A stretch of 64,000 bases of DNA from contig JAHKAY010000007.1 of assembly GCA_018825785.1 (NCBI GenBank), forward strand, positions 35,033 through 99,032. The letters run 5' to 3'. Position numbers and translations under genes: made by a program. Below the pieces are notes generated by a model, which worked only from the letters and a program-made list of their open reading frames with translations, had not been told where the DNA came from and searched no databases. The DNA is from Chloroflexota bacterium (GTDB lineage: Bacteria; Chloroflexota; Dehalococcoidia; JACVQG01; JAHKAY01). Numbering within the stretch: position 1 is the stretch's first letter; every line of letters starts with the position of its first letter. Below, piece by piece: positions 9,934 to 19,273 of this stretch.

Positions 9934-10696
9934 AAAGCTCCCTGAGCTTTTTTTCAGGGTCGGGGGCCAGGACCAGGGCCTCCCCCACCAGGAAGGCCCT
10001 CACCCCCGATTTCTTCAGGACTTCAATGTCCTTTTGACTCTTGATCCCGCTCTCGCTCACCACCAGGACCCCCTTCGGTATAAGGGGCAGGAGCCTGAGG
10101 GTCGTATTTATGTCAACCAAGAAGGTGTCCAGGTCCCGGTTGTTTATCCCTATAAGCCGGGCCCCCGCATTGAGGGCTGTCCTTACCTCCTCCCTCCGGT
10201 GCATCTCCACCAGGGAGGCCATTCCCAGGTTGTGGGCAAGGGCCATCAGCTCCGCGAGTAATCTTTCCCCCAGGGCTCCCGCGATGAAAAGGACAGCATC
10301 CGCCCCGCTGCCCCTGGCCTGGTAGAGCTGGTAGGGGTCCAAAAAGAAGCCCTTGGCCAGCACCGGGAGGGGGGTGGCCTCCCGGGCCCTGGCCAGGTCC
10401 TCAAAGCTACCCTTAAAGAACTCCGGCTCGGTGATGACGGAGAGGGCGACCGCCCCCGCCTGCCAGTAGGACCGGGCCAGGAGTGCGGGGTCCAGATGAG
10501 AACACAGGTCCCCCCGGGAAGGTGAAGCCCTCTTGATTTCAGCGATGATGGCTGTGCCTCCCCCCTTCAAAGCGGCGGCAAAGTCGCGGGGCGGCGAGGC
10601 CTTGAGAGCCAGGGCCTCCAGTTCCTTCTGGGGAAGATGGCTCTTTGCCTCCGCCAGCCTCCGCCGGGTGGAGCGGAGGATATCCTCCAGAATCAT
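9920..10696 (-). CDS. trpC: Indole-3-glycerol phosphate synthase
   Basis: 258 aa. IIAEIKRASPSRG...SVITEPEFFKGS...LIGINNRDL are TrpC motifs. Confidence 0.9.
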   Translation of the reverse strand: MILEDILRSTRRRLAEAKSHLPQKELEALALKASPPRDFAAALKGGGTAIIAEIKRASPSRGDLCSHLDPALLARSYWQAGAVALSVITEPEFFKGSFEDLARAREATPLPVLAKGFFLDPYQLYQARGSGADAVLFIAGALGERLLAELMALAHNLGMASLVEMHRREEVRTALNAGARLIGINNRDLDTFLVDINTTLRLLPLIPKGVLVVSESGIKSQKDIEVLKKSGVRAFLVGEALVLAPDPEKKLRELCGQG

Positions 10697-11712
10697 TTCC
10701 CCAGCCCCTTGGTAAAAGCCACCAGCTCCTCCAGCTTCTTCCTGGCAGCCCCGCTGTCTACGGCCCAGGCTGCCAGGCCCAGGCTATGTCTGAGGTCGGG
10801 CGCCTTCCCCGCCGCGTATAGCACCGCCCCCGCGTTGAGCAGGACCACATCCCTTCTCGGCCCCTTTTCCCCCCCCAGCACCGCCAGGGTAATGCGGCAG
10901 TTCTCCTCCACACCCCCCCCAACTAAATCCTGAATGCGGGCCCGCGGCAGGCCCAGTTCCTGCGGGTCCTGGGTATAGGTCCTCACCCTGCCCCCCTCCA
11001 GCTCGCTAATCTGGTTCGGGCCGGTGGTGGAGAGCTCATCCAGGCCATCTCCGCTATTGACCACCAGGGCCCTGCGGGTGCCCAGTTGAGAGAGCACCTG
11101 GGCCAGGGGGGCAGTGAGCTCCGCGCTGAAGACCCCCAGGAGCTGAACGGAAGGGGAAGCAGGATTTACCAGAGGCCCCAGGATGTTGAAGATGGTGCGC
11201 ACCCCAAGTTCCTTTCTCACCGGGGCAGCATATCTCATGGCGGGGTGGAAGTGAGGGGCAAAGAGGAAGCCTATCCCCACCTCCTCTATACAGCGGGCCA
11301 CCTGCTGGGGGCCCAGGTCTATCTTCACCCCCAGTGCCTCCATGAGGTCCGCCGAGCCGCAGCGGGAGGACGCGGAGCGGTTGCCGTGCTTGGCCACCGG
11401 AAGGCCCGCCCCGGCCACTACCAGGGCGGCGGCGGTGGAGATGTTGAAGGTGTGGGCCCCGTCCCCGCCTGTCCCACAGGTATCCACAAGGCCCTCACGC
11501 CCCACCTCCACCCTGACGGCATGGGCCTTCATAGCCCGGGCGGAGCCGGCAATCTCCTCTACCGTCTCCCCCTTCATCCTGAGGGCGGTGAGGTAGCCCG
11601 CTATCTGCGCAGGGGTGGCCTCCCCGTGCATAATCTCCCCCATCACCCCCTCCGCCTCCTCCGCGCTGAGGGACTGCCTTTCTACCAGGCGGGCAATGGC
11701 GTCCTTTATCAT
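10693..11712 (-). CDS. trpD: Anthranilate phosphoribosyltransferase
   Basis: 339 aa. VDTCGTGGDGAHTFNISTAAALVVAGAG...AKHGNRSASS. Confidence 0.9.
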   Translation of the reverse strand: MIKDAIARLVERQSLSAEEAEGVMGEIMHGEATPAQIAGYLTALRMKGETVEEIAGSARAMKAHAVRVEVGREGLVDTCGTGGDGAHTFNISTAAALVVAGAGLPVAKHGNRSASSRCGSADLMEALGVKIDLGPQQVARCIEEVGIGFLFAPHFHPAMRYAAPVRKELGVRTIFNILGPLVNPASPSVQLLGVFSAELTAPLAQVLSQLGTRRALVVNSGDGLDELSTTGPNQISELEGGRVRTYTQDPQELGLPRARIQDLVGGGVEENCRITLAVLGGEKGPRRDVVLLNAGAVLYAAGKAPDLRHSLGLAAWAVDSGAARKKLEELVAFTKGLGK

Positions 11713-13163
11713 ATGCCGGCCTCCGCCATCTCCACCGCTCTGGCCAGGGCCTCCATCTTCTTCATGCTCTCGTCATACTCCCCTTCAGGGCGGGAGTCGG
11801 CCACAATGCCTGCCCCTCCCTGGAGGTAGACCGTATCGCCCTTTTTCACGATGGTGCGGATGGTGATACAGGTATCCATACTGCCGTCAAAGCCGAAATA
11901 GCCCACCGCCCCGCCGTAGGGGCCCCGGCGGGTCCCTTCCATCTCGGTGATTATCTCCATGGCCCTTATTTTGGGGGCCCCGGTAAGGGTCCCGGCGGGG
12001 AAGCAGGAGCGGAGTAGGCTGAAGGCATCCTCCCCCTCCCTCAGCTCCCCCTGGACCGAGGAGACTATGTGGATAACATGGGAATACTTCTCCAGGCCCA
12101 TATAGAGGGGCACCCCCACCGTGCCGAAGCGGCAGACCCGCCCCAGGTCATTGCGTCCCAGGTCCACCAGCATCACATGCTCCGCCCTCTCCTTGTGGTC
12201 GGCGAGGAGCTCCCGTCCCGTGGCCTCGTCCTCCTCGAGGGTCCTGCCCCTGGGCCGGGTGCCGGCGATGGGACGGGTCTCCGCCTGTACGCCCTCCAGC
12301 CTTGCCAGCATCTCCGGAGAAGAGCCGATGAGCTGAAAGGGGCCGAAGTCCATGTAGAACATGTAAGGGGAGGGGTTGAGCCTTCTCAAGGCCCGGTAGA
12401 TGGCGAAGGGATGGGCCTGTGTCTGACGCCTCAGCCTGTGGGAGAGGACCACCTGGAAAACGTCCCCGGCGAGGATATACTCCTTGGCCCTCCTCACCCT
12501 CTCCATGTACTCCTGAGGGGTAACATCGGATTTCAGGCCACCCCCTTTCCCCAAGGAGGGGAGCCCTTCCGGGAGCAGTGGTGAGGCCAGGGCCTCCATC
12601 ACCTCCTCTATCTTCTCCACCCCCTCCTGGTGGGAGTGACAGCAGGAGAGGACCTTCATCTGCTGCTTCACATGGTCAAAGATGACCAGGGTATCCACGA
12701 ACATGAAGACGGCATCGGGGAGGCCCAGCTCGTCCCGGGGGCAGGGAGGGAGGTCCTCAAAATAGCGGACCGTGTCATACCCCAGGTAGCCCACCGCCCC
12801 GCCCATGAACCGGGGCATCCCCGCTACCCTCACTACCTGGTGGCCCTGGAGAAGGTCCCTGAGGAGGTGGAGGGGGTCAAAGCTCGCGGAAAGGGACACC
12901 TTCTCCACCTGCGCCCCCCTGCGGACCACCGCCTCCTCCCCCCTCACCTCCAGGACCAGAGATGGGGCATTTCCGATAAAGGAGTAGCGGCCCACCTGCT
13001 CCCCCTTTTCCACACTCTCCAGGAGGAAGGAGGGGGCCTGGCGGCAGAGCTTGAGGAAAACGGAGACGGGCGTCTCCAGGTCTGCCCGCAGCTCCCGGAA
13101 AACCGGGAAGAGGCGGCCATCATAGGCCTTCTGAAAAGTGGCCAGGTCCGGTATGTACATCAA
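11709..13163 (-). CDS. trpE: Anthranilate synthase component I
   Basis: 484 aa; chorismate-binding family C-terminus (...GTLTGAPKIRAMEII...). The track start is TTG at 13163. An ATG one codon downstream (13160) follows a GAGGGG RBS. Confidence 0.9.
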   Translation of the reverse strand: MMYIPDLATFQKAYDGRLFPVFRELRADLETPVSVFLKLCRQAPSFLLESVEKGEQVGRYSFIGNAPSLVLEVRGEEAVVRRGAQVEKVSLSASFDPLHLLRDLLQGHQVVRVAGMPRFMGGAVGYLGYDTVRYFEDLPPCPRDELGLPDAVFMFVDTLVIFDHVKQQMKVLSCCHSHQEGVEKIEEVMEALASPLLPEGLPSLGKGGGLKSDVTPQEYMERVRRAKEYILAGDVFQVVLSHRLRRQTQAHPFAIYRALRRLNPSPYMFYMDFGPFQLIGSSPEMLARLEGVQAETRPIAGTRPRGRTLEEDEATGRELLADHKERAEHVMLVDLGRNDLGRVCRFGTVGVPLYMGLEKYSHVIHIVSSVQGELREGEDAFSLLRSCFPAGTLTGAPKIRAMEIITEMEGTRRGPYGGAVGYFGFDGSMDTCITIRTIVKKGDTVYLQGGAGIVADSRPEGEYDESMKKMEALARAVEMAEAGI

Positions 13164-13430
13164 GACCCCTCAAAAACTAAAGCCCCACGCCCGAAGGGGC
13201 GAGGGGCTCTCGCGGTGCCACCCTTCATTCTACTCTTCTCGGGTACCTCAGGATACCCTGGGCCTTTAACGGTGCCCCTCCGGCAAGGCCTACTCAGTCT
13301 CCCTTTCGGTTTGCGGCTCCCCGGTCCATTCAGCCCCCGCCCTGGCGCCGGCTCACACCTTCCCCGGCTCTCTGGGCCAGGGCCCCTGGGGCCTACTAGT
13401 CCGGTTCCCAGCCTTTACGATATTGACTTG
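13164..13430 (-). promoter_or_regulatory. T-box riboswitch leader (Trp specifier UGG) controlling the trp operon
   Basis: On the minus strand, the T-box sequence AAUGAAGGGUGGCACCGCGAG is the reverse complement of 13210-13232. The specifier loop GCUGAAUGGACC has a UGG codon (rc of 13326-13328) followed by a purine. An intrinsic terminator sits immediately upstream of the trpE RBS. A candidate promoter TTGACA(rc 13459-13464)-N17-TAAGAT is present. Confidence 0.75.
13171..13210 (-). terminator. T-box terminator hairpin plus U-run just upstream of trpE
   Basis: Minus-strand RNA GAGCCCCUCGCCCCUUCGGGCGUGGGGCUUUAGUUUUUG: GC stem, then a U-tract. The 5' arm overlaps the T-box antiterminator sequence. 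Confidence 0.7.
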
Positions 13431-13547
13431 TCCGCATCTTAAAGCCTGGCCTCCCCTTTGTCAAGTTTCTCCCTAGGACAGGCTGACACGGTTGGGGTAT
13501 AATATGGCCTCAAGAGACACCAGAAGATAGCTCATTAGGAGGCCGAC

Positions 13548-14006
13548 GTGCTAGATGACCTGGCTTTGGAAGCTGCCAACCTGAAGCAACATCTGGAGCG
13601 GATGAAGGCTGAAATTCAGGAAGAGACGCTTGACCGCTTCAAGGTTGGTGGTATCTTGTCGGACATTTTTCTTTCGTATGAAAAGATGAAGGTTTCCTTG
13701 GTCCTGGCGTGGGACTCTTATATCCGAAGCCTCCCAAGCCAGGACTTACTGGCTGTGTTCGTAGGCATCTTGGGCAACGCCCTGGGCCGCGACCCCCTGG
13801 ACGCTGACCTCACCGCCAGGCTCCACAAGATTACTGATGCCCGCTACTACATTGCTAAGCCAGAGCATTACAACGACCGAGCAATGAAGAGAGTTCTGCG
13901 CGACCTGATAGATGCCACCGATAGATGGCTGGTGGTCCTGGACAAGGCGATTCCTCGGCCCCGGTCCGAGCCCCCGGCTCAGGAGCAGGCCCCCGGACCC
14001 GGATAA
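13548..14006 (+). CDS. Hypothetical protein (152 aa), divergent from trp operon
   Basis: GTG start preceded by AGGAGG at 13539-13544. Upstream TGgTATAAT at 13496-13503. Confidence 0.5.
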   Translation: MLDDLALEAANLKQHLERMKAEIQEETLDRFKVGGILSDIFLSYEKMKVSLVLAWDSYIRSLPSQDLLAVFVGILGNALGRDPLDADLTARLHKITDARYYIAKPEHYNDRAMKRVLRDLIDATDRWLVVLDKAIPRPRSEPPAQEQAPGPG

Positions 14007-14036
14007 AGCTGGCCTGTAGCCAGGGGGCATATAGCC

Positions 14037-16562
14037 CTAGCGCAGGCGGATGAGGGTGGTATCCCGGCCGAAGATGAGGGCCAGGAGCCAGTCCAGCAGG
14101 ACTCGGGTGCGCACATAAACGCTGGGGACCAGCAACAGGTAGCTCACCAGCCACAGAAAGCGGGCGGGCAGGCCAAAGAGGCGAAGGCCCAGGAGTTCCA
14201 TCCCCGCCCCCCGACTGCCCAGGGAGACCGTCTCTGCCATCCAGGGGACAGGGCAGGGGCGCTTCCTGCCCCCGAAGAGGTCGGCCAGGATATTACGCGC
14301 CACAACCCGGGGCTGGCGGACGGCGATGTGGGCCCGGGTGGGGAGGGGAGAACCTGTGGCCGGGTTAATAAAAGAGGCATTATCCCCCAGGGCATAGACA
14401 CCGGGGAAACCCGGCACCTCCAGGTAGCGGTTGACCTTCACCCGCCCCAGAGAGTCTTTCTCCACAGGCAGGGCCTCCACCACCGGGCTGGCCCGGACCC
14501 CCGCCGTCCACACCAGGGTGCGGGTGGATATTATCTCCTCGCCATTTATCTCCACAGCCCCAGGCAGGACCCGGGTGACCTTTGAGCCCAGCCAGACTTC
14601 AATCCCCTTCTTCCTCAGCACCTGGAGGGCGTAGGCAGCCAGGCTGGGATGCATGTCCTCCAGAAGGCGGTCCTGGTTCTGGACAAGAAGGAGACGGACC
14701 TTCTTCGGGTCCACCCTGGGGTAATTTTTCAGGAGAAAACGGAAGATGAAGTCCCTCATCTCGGCGATGAACTGGACCCCGGTGGCCCCACCCCCGGCCA
14801 CGGCAAAGGTCAAGAGTCCCCCCCCTCCCGGATTAGCATCCGCCTCCTCAAAAAGGGAGATGAGATGGTTCCTGATGACCATGCCGTCGTTGAGAGTCTT
14901 GAGGGTGAAGACATGGGGGGCGGTGGCGGGGAGCTGGCGGGTATCGGTAACGCTCCCCAGGGCCAGAACCAGGTAGTCATATGGCAAAAGCCCCCGGTCG
15001 GTGCGGACCATCTTCTTCTCCAGGTCCACGGCCTCCACCTCCGCCCGGATGAAGGAGAAACGTCTCTTGCCCCGCAGGCTGCGGATGGGGTAGGCGATGT
15101 GACGGGTCTCAATGCCCCCCGTAGCTACCTCATGGAGAAGTGGGGTGAAGAGGAAAAAGTTCTCCCGGCTCACCAGAGTAATGTCCACGGGCTGTTTTCC
15201 CAAGGCCCCTTCCAGGTGGAGGGCAGTATATACCCCACCGAAGCCTCCCCCCAGGATGAGGACCCGGCAAGGGCCCAGCCTTCTCCCCCGGAGCTTCTCC
15301 CTCAAGGCCTGAAGGCTGAGACGGGGGATAAAGGAGGGCCTCAAGGTGGTCCCCAGGATTTCCCTGTAGCTATAGCTCCCGGTGAACATCCCCCACATCA
15401 CCCGGTGGTAGGGCCTGGGACCGGGGCGGGGGCTCCCCTCCCCCACCAGCCGGGCGTGGGCCATGAAAAAGCTACGGGAGTCCTTGAGCCGGGAGTGGAG
15501 GGAGAAAAGGAGACGGCCATAGCTATTGTCCCGCTGGATGGCCTGGATGAAAGGCAGGTAGTGCCGGGCAAAGGCCCAGGCCGTGGTGCCATAGTGGACG
15601 GCAGTATGGGCCGCCTGGCGAGCGGTGAGGAGGGCAGAGCCGATACCGTCTTTGTAGAGCCGGGTGGCGGCGGCATCCCCTACCGCCACAAAGCCTTCCC
15701 CCACCGGGTTACGGGCCAGGCCCACCGAGATAAGGGGGCGGCAACCGCAGGCCTGCTCATAGGGGAAGGGCAGGGCCTCCTTCACCAGAGGGTGCGAGAG
15801 GAACTCCTTCACCGAGGGGGGGCCCTTCCTGCCCAGGAGGGAGACATTGATGAAGGGGCCCTTGGGGACGAGGGTGCCGAAGACCAGGTCGGAGTGGGGG
15901 AAGAGAAAGACCCTCACCCTGCCCTCAAAGGCTTCCTGGACATCCTCCTTTCGGGCCCGCAGCTCATCCTGGGCCATGCGATGGGTTCGGGGGGGCTGGT
16001 AGGCCAGTCCTTCCCCGGAGAGGGGCAAAGAGTTAACCCCGGTGGCCAGGACCACCAGGTCATATTCTACCCACTCCCCTAACACCTCCGCTGCCGGGCG
16101 GGGATGAAGGCGCAGGGCCCCAACCCGATAGGGCAACACCCAGGCACCCCAGCTTTTCGCCACCCCCAGGAGATAGCTATCAAAGCTGACACTGGGATGG
16201 AGGGGAAAGCGCAGGGGCCCCGAACCCCGATAGACACTGTATATCTCCCCCCCCGGAGAAGGGGTTTGAATCTCCATGTAATCATAGGGGCTTTGAAGGG
16301 CATAGGTAGAAATGCGGGCCTGGATAACCTCCGGGGGGACCTCCAGGCCCAGTTCCCCAATATTCCGCAGGAGGGAGAGGGAGAGGATGCCGGCACAGCG
16401 GTTGCACCCCCTGGGCCCGGCCAGGCCGAAGTCCCGGGGCTCATAAATATGGACCTCCGGGGTCAGGCCCCGCTCCCGGGCAAAGTGGATGAGGTAGAGG
16501 GCGAAGAAGCTCCCCGCCGGCCCCCCACCGATAACCGCCACCCGAGAAAGCTGACCGGCCAT
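14037..16562 (-). CDS. Fusion protein: N-terminal FAD-dependent oxidoreductase (geranylgeranyl-reductase/FixC-like) + C-terminal type-II NADH:quinone oxidoreductase (NDH-2) with hydrophobic tail
   Basis: N-terminus VAVIGGGPAGSFFALYL (FAD dinucleotide fold) and ...GFVAVGDAAATRLYKDGIG. Residues ~430-841: VLILGGGFGGVYTALHL...FLFTPLLHEVATG...YALGDNASF are hallmark NDH-2 motifs. The C-terminus has hydrophobic helices. Single 841-aa ORF. Confidence 0.7.
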   Translation of the reverse strand: MAGQLSRVAVIGGGPAGSFFALYLIHFARERGLTPEVHIYEPRDFGLAGPRGCNRCAGILSLSLLRNIGELGLEVPPEVIQARISTYALQSPYDYMEIQTPSPGGEIYSVYRGSGPLRFPLHPSVSFDSYLLGVAKSWGAWVLPYRVGALRLHPRPAAEVLGEWVEYDLVVLATGVNSLPLSGEGLAYQPPRTHRMAQDELRARKEDVQEAFEGRVRVFLFPHSDLVFGTLVPKGPFINVSLLGRKGPPSVKEFLSHPLVKEALPFPYEQACGCRPLISVGLARNPVGEGFVAVGDAAATRLYKDGIGSALLTARQAAHTAVHYGTTAWAFARHYLPFIQAIQRDNSYGRLLFSLHSRLKDSRSFFMAHARLVGEGSPRPGPRPYHRVMWGMFTGSYSYREILGTTLRPSFIPRLSLQALREKLRGRRLGPCRVLILGGGFGGVYTALHLEGALGKQPVDITLVSRENFFLFTPLLHEVATGGIETRHIAYPIRSLRGKRRFSFIRAEVEAVDLEKKMVRTDRGLLPYDYLVLALGSVTDTRQLPATAPHVFTLKTLNDGMVIRNHLISLFEEADANPGGGGLLTFAVAGGGATGVQFIAEMRDFIFRFLLKNYPRVDPKKVRLLLVQNQDRLLEDMHPSLAAYALQVLRKKGIEVWLGSKVTRVLPGAVEINGEEIISTRTLVWTAGVRASPVVEALPVEKDSLGRVKVNRYLEVPGFPGVYALGDNASFINPATGSPLPTRAHIAVRQPRVVARNILADLFGGRKRPCPVPWMAETVSLGSRGAGMELLGLRLFGLPARFLWLVSYLLLVPSVYVRTRVLLDWLLALIFGRDTTLIRLR

Positions 16563-16608
16563 GCGAACAATTCAAGTTTAGGGCTTCCCAGGCCTCGCCA
16601 CAAGTCGC

Positions 16609-17703
16609 CTAGAGGCGCTGGACAGTGCCGGCCTTTATCTGGTAGATGATGGCACGGGAGAGAAGGTCCGGGGGCAGGCGGTCAAGGTCGGTGGTGGTGA
16701 TGAAGACCTGCTGGTAGGAGACCAGGGCCTGGAGGAGCCGCCCCCGGCGGGGGGCATCCAGCTCCGAGAAGACATCATCCAGGAGGAGGACCGGGCTCTC
16801 CCCCCGCTTCTGCCACAGAAGGCCCCCCTCCCCCAGCCTCAGGGAAAGGGCAATGGTGCGCTGCTGGCCCCGGGAGGCGAAGGCCCCCGCCTCCACCCCA
16901 CCCACCTCCAGGAGGATGTCGTCCCGGTGGGGTCCCACCAGGGTCATCCCCGCCCCTATCTCCCTCCCCCGGCCCTCCTCCAGGGCCCGGGCAAAGGCGC
17001 CCTCGTCCACAAAAGGCTGGTATCTGATGCTCAGGTCTTCCTCGGCAAGGGCGCGGTGGGCCTCCTGGGCACGGGGCGAGAGGGCGTCCACCAGCCGGCG
17101 GCGGGCCTGGATGATGAAACTCCCCGAGGCCACCAACTCCCTGTCCCAGAAGACAAGTTCACCCTCCCCCGCCTTCCCTTCTCCCGTAAGGCGTAGGAGG
17201 TGGTTGCGCTGGGCCAGCACCTTCTGGTAGCGCCGGAGGGAAACGAGATAGCGGCCCTCCATCTGAGAGCCCAGGATGTCCAGGAAGCGCCGTCGGAGGG
17301 CCGGAGCCCCCCCCACAAGGTCGATGTCCTCCGGAGAGAAGAGGGCCTGGGCCAGAAGTCCCACCGAGGCACTGGCCGACCGGGGCACCCCGTTCACCCG
17401 AAGGCGCTTCTTCACTCCAGAGGGGGAGGTCTCCTGGATGACCATCTCCAGGAGAAGGCGTCCCTGGGAGGTTCGCGCCTCGGCCGTGAGCCTGGCCCAG
17501 TGCTCCTGGGCCCCCAGGGAGATGAGCTCCCGTTCGTTTTCCGCCCGGTGGCTGCGGATGGTGGCCAGGAGATAAGGGGCCTCCAGGAGATTGGTCTTCC
17601 CCTGGGCATTGTCCCCCTGAAATACCAGGACCCCCTGGGGCAGGTCCAGCTCCAGGGCCCGGTAGTTGCGGAACTGGCTCAGGCTAAGATGGGTGATGAC
17701 CAA
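16609..17703 (-). CDS. recF: DNA replication and repair protein RecF
   Basis: VITHLSLSQFRNYRALELDLPQGVLVFQGDNAQGKTNLLEA. Likely TTG start at 17703 with a GGAGAAG RBS. The track ORF extends 24 codons further upstream. Confidence 0.9.
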   Translation of the reverse strand: MVITHLSLSQFRNYRALELDLPQGVLVFQGDNAQGKTNLLEAPYLLATIRSHRAENERELISLGAQEHWARLTAEARTSQGRLLLEMVIQETSPSGVKKRLRVNGVPRSASASVGLLAQALFSPEDIDLVGGAPALRRRFLDILGSQMEGRYLVSLRRYQKVLAQRNHLLRLTGEGKAGEGELVFWDRELVASGSFIIQARRRLVDALSPRAQEAHRALAEEDLSIRYQPFVDEGAFARALEEGRGREIGAGMTLVGPHRDDILLEVGGVEAGAFASRGQQRTIALSLRLGEGGLLWQKRGESPVLLLDDVFSELDAPRRGRLLQALVSYQQVFITTTDLDRLPPDLLSRAIIYQIKAGTVQRL

Positions 17704-18676
17704 TCTTCTCCAAGGATAGCAGGTATAAAGGATATGTTCCAGAGGCCAGGTACTCCTCGGCTCTTGCCTCGGCAAGTTTGTACAGCCAGCGGCTACCCCA
17801 TAAGCTCTTGTCCTTTGACCCTGGCTCCCCGTTCGCCCTGGTTAAGAAGACCAGCGCCCGCGTCTACCTCGATGTGACGCACCTGTCCTGTGAAGACCTC
17901 CACCGCGTCTATAAGGCTGTTACAGCATGCAGGGAAGCTCTCGGGATTTCTCGGGGCAAGGGCAGGCCTAAGAGCAAGGATCTCACAAAGGCCATGCGGG
18001 CTGCCTTTATGGTGGATGAGATGGGGATGAGCCACGTCCAAGTAGGGGAAAAACCGGGATTCCCCGTGTACCGCGACGCGATAAGGTCGGCTTCGCCCCT
18101 GGTCAAAGGTGGAGGGTGTGGACTTCGTCCGGGGCACCGTCGCCATAACGCACCTGAAGGCCCGGATGAGGCTCCACCGCCTGAAATGCGGTGCCGGGCT
18201 GGGCAGGTGTGAGCTCAACAGAGTCGAGTTCGCCTACATCAAGTCCCAGCTTCAGCAGTCCCCTTCACTCAGGCGCAGATTGGATTTCCGCCCTTCGGCG
18301 AGAAGGCTGTCCCAGGACCACATCCGGGCCGTGGCGACGCACGGTCTCTCAGGCGCTGGGAGGGGGGTTTCAGCTTCGGCTGCGAGAGACAAGCGGTGTG
18401 GCTTGATGAAAGACACCAGGGCGGGCTGAGGCCTGGGCCATCAGGTGGGAAATCGCCGCATCGAGGCGACGGATGGCAATAAAGCCCGGGACGTGGGACC
18501 AGGGGTTCCTCCTGTGGCATAGGGCACAGGCATGGCTAGGAGCCGGGCTCAAACAGCGGGTCAGGATCGATTCGCAGGCAACGCTTCTTGTTTCAAGATG
18601 ATGCTTGACACCACACAGTCTTGGCTCTTGGCTGAAGTGGACAGAATGGTTTGCTGTTCTGGAGAAGCCTAGTTGT

Positions 18677-19087
18677 TCATTTCTCTGCGTTTACTGCTGC
18701 GCCTCCGAGCTGCTCTTCCTGTCGGCGATATTGACAACTGGCGCACAGGTCTTCGTTAGAAGATACCAGGCAGCATGTCCCCTCCTCTTTCCAGCAGAGT
18801 CTTGAACAGCCAGCATATTTAGAGCGGTGCATGCAAACTGGACAATCGTCTATGTGCCAACAGGGATAAAGCTGAAGAAAGTGGGAGATGGCTGGTAACT
18901 TCAGCCCTTTCTTCTGCAACCTCTGAATGAACTGCAATCGCTTCAGGTCGTTATCAGAATAGAACCGTTTGCCCTTTCTCCTCTGTGGCCGAATTATCCC
19001 GTGCCTTTCCCATACGCGGAGGGTCTCCCGATGCGCGTTCAGCAACTCTGAAACTATACCTATCGGATAAACCGGCCGATTCTGCAT
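18677..19087 (-). CDS. MerR-family transcriptional regulator with Cys-rich C-terminal extension
   Basis: N-terminal HTH YPIGIVSELLNAHRETLRVWERHGII...YSDNDLKRLQFIQRL is typical MerR. The C-terminal 50 aa has 9 Cys (CPVC...C..C..CC...C..C). Lies in a lower-GC region. Confidence 0.65.
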   Translation of the reverse strand: MQNRPVYPIGIVSELLNAHRETLRVWERHGIIRPQRRKGKRFYSDNDLKRLQFIQRLQKKGLKLPAISHFLQLYPCWHIDDCPVCMHRSKYAGCSRLCWKEEGTCCLVSSNEDLCASCQYRRQEEQLGGAAVNAEK

Positions 19088-19273
19088 GACCTCAAACTCT
19101 TCTCAATTATTGTAAAGAGACAATCTCAATTTGTCAATTGAAGTATCCGCGAGGCTCGAACAGGCCGTGCGGGGTACGAAGTCAGCCCCTGAGCGGCAAC
19201 TGGCTAGGAGAGGGGGTAGGAGTGGACCTCGCAGTATCGTCTCCCTCCTCTGCGGGAATTCCATATTCAAGCA

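Noticed and set aside
17778-18429. Three mutually overlapping ORFs (17778-18212 plus, 17793-18218 minus, 18109-18429 plus)
   Set aside because: They occupy the same DNA on opposite strands. None shows a recognisable family or a convincing RBS. They are treated as part of a degraded lower-GC remnant, not as genes.
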